A stretch of 64,000 bases of DNA from Nemertoderma westbladi (Eukaryota; Animalia; Xenacoelomorpha): assembly GCA_032718475.1 (NCBI GenBank), contig JAUCBJ010005202.1, positions 1 to 64,000 of the forward strand, read 5' to 3'. This document shows positions 27,597-41,770 of the stretch, piece by piece (position 1 is the stretch's first letter; each line of letters begins with the position of its first letter). The notes under the pieces were generated by a model that saw only the letters and a list, made by a program, of their open reading frames with translations, was not told the DNA's origin and made no database searches. The position numbers were made by a program, and so were the translations under genes.

Positions 27597-28652
27597 TTTA
27601 TAGCCACAGCGGATATCTGTGGGGCGAGCCACGAAAGTAAGCGAGCTTAGCAAACGGGTACCACTAACTCAATCGGTGTGTCTGTTTTTCTGTTGTTCTG
27701 TTATTCTGTTATGCCAAATTTTAAAAGTTAATAACTCAGCCCAATCTATCTTAATCTATCCAAACTTGGTACACATGTTGTTTGGCAAAAGTTTAGAAAT
27801 TTTCCAAGTTGAATTTCCGTGTGGCCTTCGAGAAGCTAAGATAATAACAGTTAATTAATTAAATTGAAATTAATTATGTTGGTTAGGGTAAAAACAGCAT
27901 TTACAACATGACCTTTAATGGAAATTAATTATTTTATAGTATAAGATATAAATAATTATATTTAAAAATTATACAGCTGTAATCCCCATACTCCATTCCA
28001 TTATAGTTTTTAATTAATTCAAGTGATTTGCATTAGGAAATGTGTTTTTATTTGATCTAAACATAATTAAGTTATTAAAATATACTGTCACTCTATACTA
28101 CTTCCAGCTCCCTCATTCCAAGGCATGCCTGAGATTAGCAAGCCTATTGTGTTTACCTTATAATGTGATTGGCTGAGTATTTATTCTTGATTCTTTAGAA
28201 TAATTAGCTAGATAATTTCGCTGTGGTGTTGACATGATAAATAAATGTTTCAGTATATCAATACTATCGGCATAAGGTAAGTTTTCATATTTCTTACAAA
28301 TTGGGTCGCTTCCACGCCTAAAATATTTAATATATTACTTTATGAGTTTAACATAATATTACAGTATCAATAACATGAGTTTATTGATTTCTTTGTTGGT
28401 TAAATAAATTAAATAATATGCGATCTTTATTTATTTTTGCTAGACATTTGTGCTGTTTTTATATTTGTGAATCGCTTCCAAGTGTATTTCGTGTTATATA
28501 AAATAGGGGGGGGGGGGGGGGGGGGTTTATTCCACTCTCTTTGATTTATTGGTGTTTGGTTAAATTTCTTAAATACCAAGTGCCATATTAAACGTATCTC
28601 ATAACTGAGCCTCGTGCTGCGCCCCACTAAAGTGTTTGGCTTACTTATTAGT
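27597..28652 (+). mobile_element. Helentron/DINE-1-like non-autonomous element (HINE-like)
   Basis: 5' palindrome CCACAG-CGGATAT-CTGTGG and a (CTGTTRTT)n microsatellite near the 5' end. GTGGGGCG and AAGTAAGC recur inverted at the far end (CGCCCCAC 28620, GCTTACTT 28639). Confidence 0.6.
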
Positions 28653-29929
28653 AAATAATTTAATAATTTGAAAATACTGTGGAAACCAATGATTATGACA
28701 GATATACACTTATTTGCTCTCTAACTTTGTTCAACTGCCATGTTGCTAAAACATAATTAACTTCGCTCTACGAAATTATTTTAATTAAATACATTCAACA
28801 ACTATTATAGAGCAGTGAACTCCACAATCAGCAGTACGCAATATCTAAAAAACCATTGAGCTGACCAGTTATTTACATTAAGCTAATATATATTCGATTG
28901 TATTCAATATAGTCAGTGTGAGAGGGAAATCATCTATGGCTTGCAAAAAATTACAAACACACATTATGCTTAATGTTTGCCTACTGTATGGTCTGAATCG
29001 GAGTCTGGTAGAGAGTAATCTTAGCCGCTAAATGTCAATCACCTATAAAACATTTTGAATGCCACAGTGACTAATCTGAAACAGATAATAAACAGTGATT
29101 TTTATATTTAAAACTATAATGTTAGCCTTATGGGTAATTATTATGAGGCCGAATAAACATTCAGCCTCCACAGTATTAATATTGGCCCAAAGATTTATAA
29201 ATAAAACAATTATTATTAGATGAGAATATAGTGCAATCAATACTGTAGTACCGGTAGTCACCATACTGTGTAATAAGTTTAGTATTATATTGTATTTATA
29301 TATTATATATTTATATATATATTACATTATATATTATATTTATTATATATACATATTATATTATTTGTGTATAAATATATTATATAGTACTTTATTTTAC
29401 TGTAGTACAAGGGATTCTGACCCCGATATCTCTGATTCGTTAAGTACAAGGGAGTCTGACCCCGATATCTCTGATTCGTTATTACAATGAAACTCAACTC
29501 CCTAAAGACGGCATGTCAGGTCACCAACAACCATACTGTGTAACTAACAGTCATTCAGCATGCACACTATCTAACATAGCAGAGTGAGTAACCTTGCATA
29601 GGATGCATTGGGAAAAGTTTTCAGCTGAGGCATTAATAGATTACAAACTACTGTAAACCAGTTAATGTTTGCTTATAGACTGGGTTGAAAGAGTGAGTGA
29701 TTAAACTTGGTACAGAAGGTACTTTCCTTGTTAGTTGGCCCTTCCTCAGTCATTCAATCAGTCAGCCAGCCTCGAAAAATTCTTACAGTAGGCCTAAGTA
29801 ACCTCTCGATTCCTAATTAGGCCTACCAGTTACAGGACTTCTCTCTGCTGGATGGGCTGGCGCTATACAAGTACCAGTATTACGATTGTATAGTATTAGT
29901 ATTATGTACTACTGTCTTTTTTTAAAAGC

Positions 29930-30180
29930 TGGACTGAGGGACCAGTTGACCCCTGGACTGTAGGACCCTTTGACCCCTGGACTGAGGGACCAGTTGACCC
30001 CTGGACTGTAGGACCCTTTTACCCCTGGACTGTGGGAACTACTACTACTAGGATCGGCATGCTGCATTGCAGCTGCATTGCACTGAGTGACAAATTGACC
30101 CCTGGACTGTAGGACCCTTTGACCCCTGAACTGAAGGACCAGTTGACCCCTGAACTGAGTGACCAGTTGTCCCCTCGACT
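29930..30180. repeat. 24-bp minisatellite (TGACCCCTGGACTG...) interrupted by a ~40-bp RTE-A tail
   Basis: Alternating unit variants. The sequence ACTACTACTACTAGGATCGGCATGCTGCATTGCAGCTGCATT lies at about 30038-30079. Confidence 0.9.
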
Positions 30181-31169
30181 GGGGATAGTAAATCCAAATA
30201 AAATAGTAAAGGTAAAGTAAAATTAGTGTACTTACTGTTTACAAACACCGTACAATCTGTATATAGACATCTATCTAAATGCCGGTAATTACTCAATGAG
30301 TGAGCTGTGATGAAAAATTAATTAAGAAAAGTAAAAAATTAATTAGGAAAGTCTTTTTTAACTAATTTTTACTTATTAATTTTCTGGAAAACTAGTGAAA
30401 AAAGGTAAGATTAAATCACTGTCTTTTTTAATTTGTGAGAAAAGGCGATTTTTCAAATAACATTATTTATTTACCTCATACAACTGCCACCCACGACCAA
30501 ACAACCAACTAGCAAACTATATTTTCACAAACACCAAATACATTGTTGAATGAACCAAGACCATCATACTGCGCTAGGCGGTTAGGACCAACCGTCTGTC
30601 TGCCCTGAATGGCCTGAAGGTTAGCCAGACGCACAGATACTTTGCACTAAGCTTACGTCAGCACATGACTGGTACCCGCCTACCATACTGCCAGTGTACC
30701 TACTGTACTACCTTACCATTGGACGTGCCCAACCCATCCTTCCTTACTTCTGGCGCTGTATTATATAACTTACGGGTTACACTATCAGGTGATCTCAATG
30801 CATAGCGAATTCCCGGTTTATGGAGCTGCCTCCTTCTCATCAGCCAAAATACTCCATAAGGATCCTGCAGTAGAAACGTTAATTTAAATATTAAATAATA
30901 TCAAAAATTTTATTATATGATGGGAAAAGATGCGATACTGACAAGATATTAAGTGAAAATGTATTTTTCGCACGGTAATATTAATTAATAATCCTTTAAA
31001 TTGGATGGTATCGCACTGCCATAGCCAAACTTCACCATAGAATCCCACAATATTTAGCCACAGAAATGGCATGAAATGCCGGATATACTAATACTACTAC
31101 AGTACTATAAACGGCCTGGTTGATTGCAGCTGCTATACTGGCTAAAAACAAAAAGTAGGGCCACGCAAT

Positions 31170-32220
31170 TCACAATTGGCATGCTGTGATGCAGCATCCA
31201 TTAATAATGCTATGCAGGGTTACGGACAAAATAGTGCCACTACAACTCCACATCACCCATGACATTTGCTAGATCATCTGCATCTTCAAGGCCAGTGTCC
31301 TTTAAGATACGTCTCAAGAAAGTCATGGACTGTCCACCCTGATTATTTTCTCTATTATGCTACCAAAGCATAAGATTGTGCACAGGCTGATCATCACGGT
31401 GAAAACGATGTCCTGCAATGCGGAGGTACTTTATTCAAGTGTCGAGCTTGTGGGGAACCAATGAGACACCTCCAATGTTATATAGTGTCGGATTGGATAT
31501 GTGTTCATTATACTTTAACACTGTGAACCCGACGTAGCATTCTTATGAGTGTGCCATCCAGACCATCCAGATTTGGTGTCAAAAGCAGTTAGAGCCCAGC
31601 ATGGACTCCCATAGAGGAGTATTGATTGTATTGTTGCTCTTAATAATCGGACCTTAAGTTTCCGATTAATTCTCGGTGACTTCCAAATACTGAAAAGCCC
31701 ATTCAATGCCGCACATGCCTTCCCCATACGTATTTGGACGTATCCTTACTTCAGTATCCATGTTCTGTGGTAACATAAGTTGTACACATGCTCAAGCACG
31801 CCATCATCAGAGCTTATGCTCATTTCCATATATTTCCTAAGGACTGTCGAAGTTAACCATCAAAATGTTGGTGTTTTAGGAGTTAATAAAAAGATCAACT
31901 CTAGAAGCAGCCTGTTATAATGAGCTTATAAGCCATTGGGCTCCCTCTCGTGATTCTGAACGTACTCCTAAGTCATCAGCAAAGACTTGATCAGCAAGGT
32001 GTTTTGCTGGATTTCTTCGACTTCTGGAACCAGTGTAACTGCGAAGGACACCAAATAAATCTCTGGATGGCACTTGTTCAAGATTACTACATTGGGTTAA
32101 CTGTGTCAACTGCAATAAACATCTCCAATCAGACTCACTTCAACATTGGAGGTGTATCATTAGTCCTAAGCTTGCCACTTGATCGGAGCCTTCTGTGCTT
32201 GGCAGGATATTTCTTTCGCT
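31170..32220 (-). mobile_element. Older diverged RTE family A copy, with a short + strand piece at about 32110-32220
   Basis: Nucleotide similarity to family A. ORF 31515-31727 has IWKSPRINRKLKVRL and LLYGSPCW. Confidence 0.85.
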
Positions 32221-32958
32221 TTGACCCTTTCTTTCGGTTTGTTAATAAATATACCCCAAAGACACTCTTATTACTTGTTATACAACCCCCTACAGCTTTG
32301 ACACAAATTGAGTAAAAAATTGCTTGAGCGAGAACTAGGCTCTCTACATTCCCAAACTACGTAAAATCGGGCATGGTGGCCAGGAATAGTTTTCAAAATT
32401 AAATAATAATATAAGTGCCACCTTGTACAGATACTGCTGAAAGTTTAGTAAACCTTAAATAATTAAGCACAAAATGGAAATTATAATAATTCCAATAATT
32501 CCAACAATTCAATATTCAGCATGGAACCCAGTCCAGCTGGGACTTTAATTAATAAAAAGTACGTATATTTATATACACATGTGGTACAGCAGAATATAAA
32601 ATTAAGAAGTAAAATGCTTAGTAAAATGTGCAGTTCACGCACTAATGGTTGAAAGAAAGAAAAAAGACATGAGGGGGAGCAGTTCCCTGAATAATAAATA
32701 GTTATAAAAAAAAAAAGTTATAAAAAGTTATAAATAAATAGTTATGTGTTTGAATGAGAAGACTGGCGTAGTTTTAGTTAATTAATTTAATATTATAAAT
32801 AGAAAATAAATACCTGAGGGTATGTATTTCTCCAGGTGTCAGCTAGCCTTCTACTTTTTCTAGTCCTAATTGTAAATGGATCATAACCAATGTAATGATG
32901 TAAGGAACCGTGCTGAAAGAAATGTTAGATATTGTAATAATAACATTGTAATGTAAGA

Positions 32959-33640
32959 GGGTGTCCCACAAACAGGGTGTCCCACAAACAGAGTGTCCCA
33001 CAAACAGGGTGTCCCACAAACAGGGTGTCCCACAAACAGAGTGTCCCACAAACAGGGTGTCCCACAAACAGGGTGTCCCACAAACAGGGTGTCCCACAAA
33101 CAGGGTGTCCCACAAACAGAGTGTCCCACAAACAGGGTGTCCCAAAACAGGGTGTCCCACAAACAGGGTGTCCCACAAACAGAGTGTCCCACAAACAGGG
33201 TGTCCCACAAACAGGGTGTCCCACAAACAGGGTGTCCCACAAACAGGGTGTCCCACAAACAGGGTGTCCCACAAACAGAGTGTCCCACAAACAGGGTGTC
33301 CCAAAACAGGGTGTCCCATAAACAGGGTGTCTCACAAACAGGGTGTCCCACAAACAGGGTGTCCCACAAACAGGGTGTCCCACAAACAGGGTGTCCCACA
33401 AACAGGGTGTCCCACAAACAGAGTGTCCCACAAACAGGGTGTCCCAAAACAGGGTGTCCCATAAACAGGGTGTCTCACAAACAGGGTGTCCCACAAACAG
33501 GGTGTCCCACAAACAGGGTGTCCCACAAACAGGGTGTCCCACAAACAGGGTGTCCCACAAACACGGTGTCCCACAAACAGGGTGTCCCACAAACAGAGTG
33601 TCCCACAAATAGGGTGTCCCACAAACAGGGTGTCCCACAA
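32959..33640. repeat. 16-bp minisatellite (GGGTGTCCCACAAACA), about 42 copies with recurring variant blocks
   Basis: Direct inspection. A 15-bp variant recurs at about 33138, 33297 and 33441. Confidence 0.97.
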
Positions 33641-33859
33641 AATTTGATACTTTTTGTATTTTGATTTGTGCAGCTTGATATTAATGATTTTTAGTAATTA
33701 TGGTGTTATTGGATGGATAGCTAGAAAGGGGAACGCCGCCCAACTAGTTAGTGGAAGTGACTTAAAAAAGTTACACAATCGGACAATCTAACAATCGGAC
33801 AATTTAAGCCATATAAGTTAAGTTATGGCTTGTTTATATATCATAAACCTGTAAAAGTG

Positions 33860-35408
33860 ACCTTAGTACATACATACATAGAATACAGGTTTTCTGGGGT
33901 TCAAAATCCATTGGAAAGTATTTAAAATTGATCTAATTACTATAAATGGCTGTTTTAGTCTTCTACTTAGGCAGAAAATGAAAAAAAAAAAACAATTAAC
34001 CAATTTCGGTTTGAACACAAAATTTATAATTCCTTTATACGATGCTATAAATTCACATTTATAGGTTTTCTGGGGCGCTGATTCTAATGGAATACATTTC
34101 TAATTTGCCAGATAATTGTTACTCGTAATTTTCGGCATAATATTATGGCAAATTTTGGTGCTGCAGCAAATTTCGTACCCAACACCAATAAGTACAAGTT
34201 TGAGATGTCTAGTTAGATAATTGCCATATTAATTATGTTTGAATAATTCTTCCAATTTACTCAGAATAATTAAATATTCTTACGCAATTAATTCTACAGG
34301 TTATTTATTGGTATCCGTTTCCCGGCAACAGGAGTCTATAGATAATGGAACGACCCGCACTAAATCGTAACAGAATTAAATTATTGTCTAAATTGTTAAT
34401 CCAGTGCGCTGTTTTTATTGATTCCATCGGATTCAGGACCCTCCTACGTTTATCGCGATAAACAAGATGATACTATCTATCGATCAATTTGAACAAAAAA
34501 ATTTCACCCACCGGCGAAAAATACAAGAAATTTGATTTGAAAGAAATTTAAAAGAGATTTGAAATCTTTTATGCAATTTTCACTTATTCCATTGAATTCA
34601 GAACGCTCACAATCCCGTATAACGCAAGAAACAAGGTGACACAAGCAATTGATATATTTGATGGTTTTCAAAATTTGGTGCTAGCAACAAATTTTGCACC
34701 CACTTCCGAAAAATTCGAGTGTGAGATGTCTAGTTAGATCATTATTTATTCCATTGAATTCAGAACAGCTCTAAACTTCTAAGACGCGGAAAATAAGTTG
34801 TCACAAGCAATTTAACTATTGAATAAATTTTCAAAATTTCGTGCTGGCACCAAATTTTGCACACGCAACGAAAAATACAAGTTTGATATGCGTAGTGCAA
34901 CTCGTATATATTCCATCGAAACCAGAACCCTAAACAGAACCCTAAATAACCCATATTGCGCAAAAAAATAGGTTCAAACAATCAATTTACAAAATTGAAA
35001 TATTTCAAAATTTGGTGCTGCACCAAAATTTGGCACCCGCCGAAAAAAACAAGTTCGAAATTAATAAATTAATTTATATGAATTCCACCCAATTGCTAAC
35101 ACCAAAAAACCGGTGTAAATCAAAAATAGAGATGTTATTAATCATATTTCGTGAAATGTAATTTTAAAAAACGTCTCCAAAAAGTGCCAAAAGTAGGGGG
35201 TTATTAAATGGTGCTAAAAACTAGAAAACTTCCCAATATTTTCTAAAACGGTTTTCACTATTAGGAAGACAATAGATTTTTAGGAAAAGTCATAAAATTT
35301 CAGATTCCCAACAGCTTTTGTTTCAGAGTTATAACAAAAAAAACACGCGGCGGGGGGGGGGGTCGTATTGACCCCCCCCCCCCCCCCCCCCCGGTTTAAT
35401 AGGGTTAA
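33860..35408. mobile_element. Second copy of the piggyBac-like non-autonomous element
   Basis: Homologous to 16200-16770 plus 19950-20538. Ends ...TTTAATAGGG|TTAA. Confidence 0.7.
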
Positions 35409-36041
35409 TGGTAAATGAAGTTGTCCCAAATGAATTTCCTTGAAGGATTGGACATCCTTGTTAGGCAATGTGGTACGAGATACTTATCTTTCTTTAGGTC
35501 TTCATGCTATCCTTTAATACAATAACTCCTCCAATTGTTTGTTTTACATAACTAACCTTAATTGTGCAGCTGGAGATAGAGAAATATAACAACATCCACA
35601 TTATAATCAACTTGGCTAACAACTCAGACATTTCTATATGATATTATTAGTGATATTAGAAATTGCAATTAGAAACTGCAAATATAATACAGGACTCTAA
35701 ATGTTTTTTACTAATATACAATCTAAATAAAAAATTTACTTTGACAGAATAGTTACAGACGTAATTGTAGTCCCAGGAGGATATCTTAGTTTGAATCAAA
35801 TTAATATAGTAATTTGGAAAAACATATTAAAGTTTATATAAAATCCGGGACGTTTCGTATAATTGCTTTACACGTTACACACACCGAAACAACGGTAAAA
35901 ATTATGACTAAAAAATTACACATAAGTATATTAATTAGAGACTGTAAAAGTGAATATTAATTATAATTATGTTAAATATTCCGAGTAGTAAATAAAGAAT
36001 TACAGATACTGTACAGTACTGAATTATTATATGTAATAACA

Positions 36042-36859
36042 TGTACATTCAGTTTGGGGTTATCTCTACAAATGTTGATGCTTTCTTTTAGTAGAAAGTC
36101 GTAGTTAGTAGCAGGACGACCAGTAATTTTGAGTTAAGAATCTCAGAGCACCTGGGAAAGTCCCCGCGAACTGGTAAGCCTGTAGCTTGGGGTGTTTCTA
36201 AAAAACACTTTTTTCTTATTTTCATTGCTGAAGTGAATTTTCCCATTGCATTTCACCTCAAAACATTATATACAAATTTTTTTCAAAAAATATTAAACTT
36301 AAGGGGTGGTACATCAGACCCGAAATGTTGAAAAATGATGCCGCGCCTACTTTTTTTGCATTTCAACCTGAAATTTTCAAATGTGAGATTTGCAGTCCTC
36401 AAGTTGTTTAATTTAATCATATGGTGATTGTGAAGATTTACTTATGAAAATTTTTTGATTGAGTTGATGCATAGGGGTGGTACAGATACACTCACGTTTT
36501 TCAAAAACTGGAAAATTCTGAAAAATTGTCACATATTAACTTTTCAGTTGTCATATTTTAGGTGTTAGATCTATTATATCCAGCCCTAAAGTAGTTTATC
36601 TAGTTAATCTTGTTAAAGTGAAGTTATTAACACAAAAATTAATTATGAGTTGAAATAAAGGGGTGGTATAGAAACAGTTCAGTAGGCCTAATATTGACAT
36701 AACTGGGATCATGATTACAAGTTCTCCTACGACGACTTCAAAATGATTGGTCGTCCTGCTACTAACTACGATCTTCTACTAAAAGAAACCATCAACATTT
36801 GTAGAGATAAACCCAAACTCAATGTACAGGGCACCTCATTCAACCTGAAACTATTCTAC
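36042..36859. mobile_element. Penelope-like element 3' fragments in inverted orientation (36042-36132 on -, 36710-36859 on +)
   Basis: 36710-36859 translates HDYKFSYDDFKMIGRPATNYDLLLKETINICRDKPKLNVQGTSFNLKLF, like a Penelope GIY-YIG C-terminus. The two pieces are reverse complements over about 90 bp. Confidence 0.72.
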
Positions 36860-36939
36860 CCTTAAAACTTTTTATCTTAAAACTTAAAATTATTCTACCC
36901 TTAAATTATCGATAGGGTCAAAATCAATATTGAGGGGTA

Positions 36940-37240
36940 AATGAGCTCCAGCTGAAGACCTGTCTTCTTCAATACTCAAAAGATATGTCACCATTGGTAT
37001 ATCTGTAAGTACCGACTCAGACACACGATGTATCACAAACATATCATGCGATACCCTGTCATTGTTTAGGAGCTTCTCAAAGTTGGCTCTCGAAATAATA
37101 TTGAAGCGTTCAGCTGGAGATTCAGCCTTATCTTTGGTGCTTAACATTTTTATACCAATTGATTTCCATTCCTGTACGGATTGCTTGCTGCATTGGTGGC
37201 GTTGACGGCGTCAACCAGCTGTTTGATAAGATCCTCATTA
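36940..37240 (-). mobile_element. RTE fragment (APE-RT linker region)
   Basis: KAESPAER..FEKLL resembles KADSPEER..FSNLL of RTE-B, and VSESVLTDIP matches the DNA at about 59991-60022. Confidence 0.65.
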
Positions 37241-37256
37241 ATTAATTAATTAGTGG

Positions 37257-38730
37257 CTACTACTACTACTACTAGTATCGGCATGCTGCATTGCAGCTGC
37301 ATTTTTAAGAATGCTGTGCCGGCTTGTCGACAAAATTGCGCCGCCACAACTCCCTATCACCCGTGACATTTGCTAGATCATCCGCATCTTCAAGACCAGT
37401 GTCCTTTAAGATGCGTCTCAAGAAAGTCATGGGCTGTCCACCATGCTTATTCACTCCATGAGGCTGCCAAAGTACAAGATTATGCACTGGCTGGTCCTCA
37501 CGGCGAAAGCAATGTCCTGCAAAGCGGAGGCGATTTTGTTCTAGTGTCAAGCTTGGGGGAACCAATTAGACACCTCCAATGTTATATAGTGTCTGGTTGG
37601 AGATGTGTGCATTGTACTTGACACAATGAACCCGGCGTAGCATTCTTGTGAATGTGCCATCCAGAGATTTGGTATCCTCAGCTGTTAGAGCCCAGCATGG
37701 ACTCCCATAGAGGAGTACTGGAACTACTGCTGCACTAAATAATCGGACCTTAAGTTTCCGATTAATTCTCGGTGACTTCCAAATCCTGGAAAGCCTATTC
37801 AAGGCTGCCCATGCCTTTCCCTTACGTATTCGAAGGTCCTCACCTGACTTCCGGATCCATGATCCCAGGTAACAGAAGTCGTCCACATGCTCAAGCATAC
37901 CATCCTTTGAGCTTATGCTCATCCGATCAGAGACTTGCTGAGAACTTTCAAAGTTAACTGTCAAAATTTTGGTCTTTCTGGAGTTAATAAAAAGACCAAC
38001 ACTAGAAGCAGCATGTTCTAATGAGCTGAGGAGCCGCTGGGCTCCCTCTAGTGATTCTGAGAGTACTCCTAAGTCATCAGCAAAGTCTAGATCAGCTAGG
38101 TACTTGGCAGGATATCCTCGACTTCTGGAGCCAGTAGGTGGAGTTATCATCACCCCATCATCATTATGATGATCTAAGGACATGCGTAGAACATAGTCAA
38201 CCACAATAATGAACAAGAATGGTGCAAGTGTGTCTCCTTGGAGGACGCCCCATAACACTTCAAATGGTTCTGTGTCACCGTCAACAGTAGACACAAATGT
38301 TGTCGAACCATCGTATACTGATCTGATTGCTGCAATAATTTCATCAGGAATCCCATATAATGAAAGTATGCTGAACATACGTGAGCGAGAGACTGAATCA
38401 AAGGCCTTGAAGAAGTCAACAAAGATAACAGCCAGATGCCTGTCTATCTTTTTTGATAATTCTTCAATTATCCTTCTAAGTGCCAAAATAGGCTCCATGG
38501 TCCCACGACCTTTACGGAACCCATTCTGATTTCCACGGAGCAGTCTCTCAATGGGATCCCTGATGCGATTTAATAGAATCCTATTGTATAGCTTTGCAGC
38601 AATCGAGATCAATGAGATCCCCCGAAAAGAACCATAGAGTGTTAGGTTGCCCTTCTTGGGTACTGGCACCAACTTATTTGTTTTAATTGCTTGTGGGATT
38701 CTTGTTGTTCGGTACATGTCTACTATGATG
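37257..38730 (-). mobile_element. RTE family A, 5'-truncated
   Basis: RT ORF 37566-38717, a premature stop, C-terminus 37305-37565, and a (TAG)n tail. Confidence 0.95.
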
Positions 38731-41297
38731 ACTATGATGTCTACTATATAATTAGTTGCATTACAAGTAGGAAGGGAATTTTGACCAAAAAATTTAATTC
38801 ACATTTTTTACAGAGTCAGATATACAATTTTTCGAGATTTTTTGTTGAATATGATAATTTCATTGGTGACAATTTCTCTGGAATTTTTGTTTTGACAAAA
38901 GGATCAATGTAAATAATCCATTTTAGGTACATAATAAAGTAAATATACATTTGTTCAATTAGGCTAATTTATAACCTAGTGAGTTTTTTACTAGAATTTG
39001 ACTTTACAAATTTGAAATAATCTGGGCAGTTACGGAATGTAAATATTTTTATTTCACTACTTGCAAATTTATTTTCATTACAAAATTTTAAAATAATAAA
39101 GATTTGTCCAATTAATTTTATTTTCACTAAATTAAATATGTATGAAGTTTTAAAGGTTTTTGAATTTTATGGTAACATTTTATATAAAATCTGGTTCTGG
39201 GATGGTGAAATTTTGTGCTGGAATGAAAAGTGGAAGTAGTGAAAAAACCATAGTCTTATCAAATGTAACGGTTTTGGGTTCAATGGGTGTATAAAGCGTA
39301 AAAGGTGACCGACCATACCTACCGTAATGCATTGGCCATCAAAATTTTATAACAACAATATTTTTATAATCGTCGTGAATTCAGAAACATTGATTTTAGA
39401 TCATATGTGTTTCAATTGGACGAGCTAAGTGTAAAACAAACTTTCACGAAATTTTAAAGGCCTTTTTTTTTAAATCTCATTATGTGTTTTTATCTAAAGT
39501 GATCTCGTACTAAAGTACTCTTTAAAATACTGGGAACGTTACAATAGCAAAAGTAATTATAAACTTATTTAATAATTATGTTGAATATTTTTCGTTTAGT
39601 CGTTTAAGTCGTTTAGACACTAACTCAGTAATACAGCGATAAATTAAATAATAACTTTATATATTATGTTGTATGTATATTAGGATAATGCCAACTTTAT
39701 TTTACTCCAGAATGCGAATTTCTACGTTACTACGTACAGTACTTAAAAAACTTAAATATGTATGATAAATGTTGAATATAATGTCCAATTTTATCAGTGT
39801 CGTTATTTTAAGTAACACTATTTTTAAACAAATATTTATAAATTGTTGTTATTCTATAGGAAATCATTAGGTGTAGTCACAATTTGTTTTTACTACCTTG
39901 TTTAATTAATGTTAATTAGTTGTAATTAAATTCTCCTTTATCGTTAGCACAAATTATCATTAGTGCCATGTCTTAATAAATATCAATGGCAATGCCAAAG
40001 ACATATTTGTCTGATAAAACTGCCAAAAATGAAAGCTGTATGCAGTATATCCATCCATGCAGGTACATTTAAAGTTATCATAAACAGCGTGGAATGATAC
40101 AGCAGGTGGGGGGAGTTAATAATAATCTATTTAAACTGCATCCGAAATGCAAATACCAGTTGTCGTCGTAAATCCTTAAATAACTATACAACTATTGTAG
40201 GCCGAAATCCTATTACGTGAGAGGGATGCGTCTGTATTCACTGATGATTGGCTGGATAGGATGAGGGGCGTGTTGATTGGCTGAAAGGATTAGGGGCGTG
40301 TTGTCTTTTGGCTTAATGGCTTAATTAGAATGAATTTTCGATTTGACCGAGATTTCATCAGGTAGAGTAATGATGCAAGATAAAACGAAATATCGAATCC
40401 CAGAAGTATTACGCCTACAAATAGGCAAGTCATTACATAAATATATTAGGGGATGTAATTAGGGTGGAGCGGGGGTAAAAGTTACGCTTACACCTATGCC
40501 TACGCCTACACACCTACCCAAGCCCGAAGCCAGGGGGGGGGGGGGGGGGTTCGTTGGTTCGAACGAACCGCCCTTTTGAGAAAAGCGCCCTATTATACGA
40601 ACACATGTTTGGGAAATGTGCAATTTTTATACTCACCTTTTTGAGAAATATTGTCCTTTTATATTCACCTATTCGTAAAAGTGGGCCTTTCCGGCAAAGC
40701 AAATGTTAAAGTTACATTAACAGCTTGAACAGTTTCATTTGAGTTATATTTGTCATTTCAGGTAGATGGCCCTCAAAATGCTTGCGTTTTATTAAATTGT
40801 CTTCAAGCTCAGGAGCTGCATGTTCAGAGTACAATTATTAATTAAAGCAAAAGGATAACTTCTAACTTAGCTTTCTTTTGGGTGTTTACATGAGAACAAT
40901 CCTGTGTTTGTGTTTGTCTTATAGCTGGTTTTTCTTCTAATATTGAGGAATGTTAATGAAATGCAGTCAAAGTTTGCATTTATTAAACATTTGTGAGCCC
41001 CTTTGGCTTTGAGCGGACAAAAATAATTTGGAATTTATGATACTAGTTTTGTTGAAATTACCAAAATGCAGGTGACCTGCCCCTCAGAATGTAGGTTTCT
41101 GCAAATTAATTTTTCAATATATTATATTATATTTGCCAAAAAAAGTGCATTTTGTATAAGTATATTGCCCATTGGTTACCCATTTGTGTAAAAATTTGTT
41201 TGATGATGACACTGCTGCGACAAAATGAACCAATGTATATATTTGTTGTGGTTACAGCTGTTGTAGGTACACTGTGTGTAGGCAACTTCTATCTGCA

Positions 41298-41770
41298 ATA
41301 CTCAAATTATAAATATTAATGACGAGTAAGGGTCTTGAGCCACGGCTAATATAAAATATTGTTAGTTTACCATATAGCTATTTCACGCTTCCCGCGCGTC
41401 GTCAGTGGTATATTATTAAACACAATATTAATAAAATTTAACTAAAAAAACCAATTCAAAGCCTAAAAGATTTATACAAAACCGATACCGTTATGGTACT
41501 GTATAGTGTACAGTAGTTATGACTATTTTAATAAAGATATTAGCTGTGTAAAGTGGCAGACCGGTACAGTATCATAACGTTATCGGTTTTGTATATATCT
41601 TTTAGGCTTTGAATTGGTTTTTTAGTTAAATTTTATTAATATTGTGTTTAATAATATACCACCGACGACGCGCGGGAAGCGTGAAATAGTTATTATGGTA
41701 AACTAACAATATTTTATATTAGCCGTGGCTCAAGACCCTTACTCGTCATTAATATTTATAATTTGAGTAT
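41298..41770. mobile_element. Foldback/MITE with ~205-bp inverted arms
   Basis: 41298-41502 is the near-perfect reverse complement of 41565-41770, with a ~60-bp spacer and TA at both outer ends. Confidence 0.88.

Noticed and set aside
32843-33664. Long repetitive ORFs (also at 22986-23343 and 46396-46598)
   Set aside because: Artefacts of stop-free minisatellites that are open in several frames.
35845-35890. Penelope-type hammerhead ribozyme
   Set aside because: GAAACGTC is present on the minus strand but the CTGANGA half is missing.
40245-40302. Paired CCAAT/GC-box promoter-like repeat
   Set aside because: No associated gene; it could be a short duplication within a repeat.
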